Shown here piece after piece: positions 49,885-53,204 of a DNA stretch of 53,204 bases. Made by a program: the position numbers and the translations under genes. Origin of the DNA: a virus (Duplodnaviria; Caudoviricetes). The notes beneath the pieces were generated by a model. It searched no databases and was not told the DNA's origin. It was given only the letters and a program-made list of their open reading frames with translations. The stretch lies in the IMG/VR virus record IMGVR_UViG_3300020333_000061, positions 1 to 53,204 of that record; one strand, written 5' to 3'. Positions within the stretch are counted from its first letter, which is position 1; each line of letters starts with the position of its first letter.

Positions 49885-50262
49885 ATGAGTGATTATAATG
49901 GTTTTAGTTTTGATTTAGAAGGTAATGGTAAGAAAATAACTAAAGATAGAGTAGATAAAGTTCTTGAATTTACAGAAGATTCTAATGAATGGAATGTAAT
50001 AGGGGAAGTATTAGAGGTTGAAGATGGTAATATTATTCTTATGGGAGATAATGAGGACCCATGGAGATATAATTATGCCAATGAAGTTTTGTTTCTTATT
50101 AAAAAATTACAAGAAGAATTAGATTTTACTTTCAAGGGAGAGTTTGTGTGGATGTCAGACGACTATCAAAATAGTTATACAGATACATATACATTTGATG
50201 GTAGTGGAGATTATGAAGAAGAATTTGAAGAGGAAGAGCATGAGTGGTACGAAGATGAGTAA
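49885..50262 (+). CDS. Highly acidic hypothetical protein
   Basis: 125 aa, about 30% Asp/Glu by hand count. Confidence 0.65.
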   Translation: MSDYNGFSFDLEGNGKKITKDRVDKVLEFTEDSNEWNVIGEVLEVEDGNIILMGDNEDPWRYNYANEVLFLIKKLQEELDFTFKGEFVWMSDDYQNSYTDTYTFDGSGDYEEEFEEEEHEWYEDE

Positions 50263-51592
50263 ACCAGTATGTTTAGTTACAGCACCTGTAGCTACGAGAA
50301 GTGGATATGGAGCACATTCGAGAGATATAATACATTCACTTATTGATTTAGATTTATATGATGTAAAGATAATGCCAGTTCGGTGGGGATCAACACCACA
50401 AAATGCATTGGATGAGAATAATCCAGAAGATAAAAAAATACTGGATAGATTTTTACCAGAACCTACTTTACCAGATCAACCAGAATTACATATTCATATT
50501 GTAGTTCCAAATGAATTTCAGACATGGGGAAAATATAATATAGGTATAACTGCAGGAGCGGAATTTACCGCAGTAAGACCTGAATGGATAGAAGGATTAA
50601 ATAGGATGGATTTAAATATAGTACCATCTGAATTTACTAAGGAAGGGATTGTTTCAACTAAATTTGATAAGTCTAATGAACAAACTAAAGAAAAAGTTGG
50701 TGAATTAACAAATGAAAAACCAATAGAAGTTTTGTTTGAGGGTTATAATGAAAATATTTATGGAAAAGTTACCTCTGATGATTTATTAAACGAGGAATTA
50801 TCAAAAATTAAGGAAAATTTTTGTTATTTTTTCACAGGACATTGGCTGCAAGGTAATTTGGGTAATGATAGAAAAGATGTTGGAGCTATGATTAAGATAT
50901 TTTATGAAGCTTTTGGTAGAAAGTTAAATAAACCAGCTTTAATTTTGAAAACTACTGGTGCTACTCCATCAGTACTTGATAGGTATGAGATTTTAGGTAA
51001 AATTGAACAAATTAAAAAACAATTTCCAGGACAGAAGTTACCACCAGTGTATTTATTACATGGAGATTTGACAGATGATCAGATGAATTCATTATATAAC
51101 CATCCGAAAGTAAAAGCTATGGTTATGCTTACACACGGGGAGGGATTTGGAAGACCTATTTTAGAATTTTCAACTACTGGTAAGCCTATGTTGGTTAGTA
51201 ATTGGAGTGGTCATTTGGATTTCCTTAAAAAAGATGCAGTTACTTTAATTAAAGGAAGATTAACAGAAGTTCCAAGAGATGCATTTCCAGATAATATACT
51301 TCAAGAAGGAGCTCGATGGTTTACTTGTGATTATGGTACGGTTAAACGAGAGTTGATTAATTGTCATAAACAGTTTAAAAAATATAGTAAAAAATCACAA
51401 AGACAGAAAATATATGCTAGAAATTTTACTAGACAGAAAATGACAGAAAAATTAGGAATGATTCTTGATAAATACGTTCCTGAATTTCCAAAGGCAGTTA
51501 CTATGAATTTACCTAAACTTAAAAAGGTGGATGGTACAACCATGGCTACAGAACCAACTCAAATAAAACTTCCAAAGCTAAAAAAGGTGTAA
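50255..51592 (+). CDS. GT-B (GT4-like) glycosyltransferase
   Basis: TRSGYG, DRKDV, HGEGFGRPILEF; start moved to ATG 50255. Confidence 0.88.
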   Translation: MSKPVCLVTAPVATRSGYGAHSRDIIHSLIDLDLYDVKIMPVRWGSTPQNALDENNPEDKKILDRFLPEPTLPDQPELHIHIVVPNEFQTWGKYNIGITAGAEFTAVRPEWIEGLNRMDLNIVPSEFTKEGIVSTKFDKSNEQTKEKVGELTNEKPIEVLFEGYNENIYGKVTSDDLLNEELSKIKENFCYFFTGHWLQGNLGNDRKDVGAMIKIFYEAFGRKLNKPALILKTTGATPSVLDRYEILGKIEQIKKQFPGQKLPPVYLLHGDLTDDQMNSLYNHPKVKAMVMLTHGEGFGRPILEFSTTGKPMLVSNWSGHLDFLKKDAVTLIKGRLTEVPRDAFPDNILQEGARWFTCDYGTVKRELINCHKQFKKYSKKSQRQKIYARNFTRQKMTEKLGMILDKYVPEFPKAVTMNLPKLKKVDGTTMATEPTQIKLPKLKKV

Positions 51593-51593
51593 T

Positions 51594-52046
51594 ATGGAAA
51601 ATAAAATAACTTGTCCAATGTGTTCCGCTGAAAAAATGTGTATAGAAGAAACTCAAGCTGGAAATTCTTCATCATATATATGTTTTAGGTGTGGATATAT
51701 GTCAGATAGTAGAATGACTGAAGATTCAGAATTTATGGAAAATCATTTAAAAAATACTCCACAAATAGTTATAGAATTAAAACAATATGATATAGAAAGG
51801 TCAATTTATTGGTATCCTACCGTAATAAATGTACCAGATAAAGGAGTTATATTTCCAAAAGAAGAAGTTGATACTTATAGATGGACAGCAGCTAAATATA
51901 TTGAATCTAAAAAAGAAGGATATGAAGTTGAATTAGATATGGATAACGCAAAAGAATATAATGCTACTAATTTCTATAATGCTTTACAATATATAGGAGT
52001 AGTAGTAGAGGGAGATACTGTTGAAAGTAATCACGCAATGGCCTAG
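51594..52046 (+). CDS. Zinc-ribbon protein
   Basis: CPMC..CFRCG. Confidence 0.7.
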   Translation: MENKITCPMCSAEKMCIEETQAGNSSSYICFRCGYMSDSRMTEDSEFMENHLKNTPQIVIELKQYDIERSIYWYPTVINVPDKGVIFPKEEVDTYRWTAAKYIESKKEGYEVELDMDNAKEYNATNFYNALQYIGVVVEGDTVESNHAMA

Positions 52047-52497
52047 AGTAAAATCTGGAGATATAATTTCATTTAAATATAAGAATGAACGTAGTGGTAG
52101 AACTTTGACACATTCTATTTTAGTATTGGCTAAAGATATAAAAGTACCAACTAAATCAGGTGATAAAAGATTTTTGATTGGATTAAAAATAGAAGAAAGC
52201 AATAGACCAGTAGTTCCTAAAGATACTATTGAAAAGTTTTTGTTTGAGGTGGGAGAGATTAAATTAGTAGACCCAATAAATAAAATTTATGGGTTGGACA
52301 TGGAAACAAAAGGTAGTGTGGGAGAAGTACAACTGAAAAGGTTATGGAGAGATTTAAAACCTTTAAATAGATCTAATAATCTATATAGAACTTATGATTA
52401 TTTGAAAGCTAGAAAAGCGGCAGTTTATAAAGAACCAATAAAATTATCAAATACAGTAAAGGAAGCGTTAGAAGAAAAGTTTAAATATGAAAGTTAG
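52021..52497 (+). CDS. Hypothetical protein (TTG start)
   Basis: 158-aa ORF overlapping both neighbours; GGGAG upstream. Confidence 0.55.
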   Translation: MKVITQWPRVKSGDIISFKYKNERSGRTLTHSILVLAKDIKVPTKSGDKRFLIGLKIEESNRPVVPKDTIEKFLFEVGEIKLVDPINKIYGLDMETKGSVGEVQLKRLWRDLKPLNRSNNLYRTYDYLKARKAAVYKEPIKLSNTVKEALEEKFKYES

Positions 52498-53113
52498 TTA
52501 CGCAATTACAGTATGTAATGAAGAAGAAGAGTTACAAAAATTAGTTACATTTTTATTAAAACACAAAGAGTTACAAGACGAAATAGTAATTACATATGAT
52601 TCTAAAAATGGTTCTAAAGGAGTTGAGGAATATCTAAGAAGTCATTCAGTTAATGGAGAATTTAGTTGGCATCCATTTGAGTTTGAAGGAAACTTTTCAG
52701 ATTTAAAAAATCATACCAAGAAAATGAGTGGTGGAGATTATATACTACATTTAGATGCAGATGAAATTCCACACGAAATATTAATGGAACAAATACATAC
52801 TATATTGGAAATGAATGATGTTGATTTGGTTTGGATACCAAGAGTAAATACAGTAGAAGGTTTGACAGAGGAGTGGGTACAAAAGTGGGGTTGGAGAGTT
52901 ACAGAAAAAGGTTGGGTGAATTATCCAGATTATCAAGCAAGAATATTTAGAAATAGTGATGAAATACATTGGGTAGGTAAAGTACATGAAAGAATAAATG
53001 GTTGTAAGACTTATTCACATTTACCACCACACGAAGAATTATCTTTATATCACCCAAAGACAATTGACAAACAAGTGAAACAGAATGAGTTATATGAAGG
53101 GTTGATGAAATGA
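52487..53113 (+). CDS. GT-A (GT2-like) glycosyltransferase
   Basis: ITVCNE, F...KN, LDADE, PDYQ.R, VHE. Confidence 0.88.
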   Translation: MKVSYAITVCNEEEELQKLVTFLLKHKELQDEIVITYDSKNGSKGVEEYLRSHSVNGEFSWHPFEFEGNFSDLKNHTKKMSGGDYILHLDADEIPHEILMEQIHTILEMNDVDLVWIPRVNTVEGLTEEWVQKWGWRVTEKGWVNYPDYQARIFRNSDEIHWVGKVHERINGCKTYSHLPPHEELSLYHPKTIDKQVKQNELYEGLMK

Positions 53114-53204
53114 AAACATATGTTATAGCAGAGATTGGTATAAATCACAATGGAGATATGAATGCAGCTAAACTATTAATAGATATTGCATCAGTCGCAG
53201 GATG
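53110..53204 (+). CDS. NeuB/PseI-family nonulosonic acid synthase, N-terminus (3'-truncated; not in ORF track)
   Basis: Translates MKTYVIAEIGINHNGDMNAAKLLIDIASVAG, matching the IAEIG.NHNG signature. Confidence 0.85.
   Translation, partial: MKTYVIAEIGINHNGDMNAAKLLIDIASVAG

Noticed and set aside
438-52987. Short minus-strand and alternate-frame ORFs in the track (e.g. 7144-7524, 9644-9964, 21615-21893, 1251-1493)
   Set aside because: All lie within well-supported + strand genes and show no recognisable motifs; treated as shadow ORFs.
1-53204. Stop-codon reassignment, tRNA genes, diversity-generating retroelement
   Set aside because: Genes are full-length in the standard code, intergenic gaps are short and AT-rich with no cloverleaf seen, and no reverse transcriptase or TR/VR pair was noticed.

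Overview
AT-rich segment of a large tailed dsDNA phage (myovirus-like, T4-type replisome), with all credible genes on the + strand and tightly coupled. Layout: end of the tail module (tape measure, baseplate-type proteins; 1-9622); a DNA metabolism block (ThyX, a divergent short family-A polymerase, SSB, RecA/UvsX, 5'-3' exonuclease, Mom-like enzyme, two DNA methyltransferases, DnaB-like helicase, class II RNR, family-B polymerase, sliding clamp, clamp loader) with auxiliary genes (GH6 glucanase, type II glutamine synthetase, ClpP-like protease); a ~14.6 kb island of tailoring enzymes between the large and putative small clamp-loader genes (31099-45681); then a Cas4-like nuclease, an RHH-like regulator, glycosyltransferases and the start of a NeuB-family gene. 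The best candidate for an undescribed system is 38379-39977: a circularly permuted ATP-grasp-like domain fused to a Hint (intein-like) domain ending HN-S and a 38-aa Ser/aromatic-rich tail. It sits among radical SAM, PP-loop, 2OG-Fe(II), ATP-grasp, SerRS-like/GNAT and MFS genes, suggesting a phage-encoded self-processing peptide/protein modification pathway. All calls are from motif recognition by eye; no searches were run.
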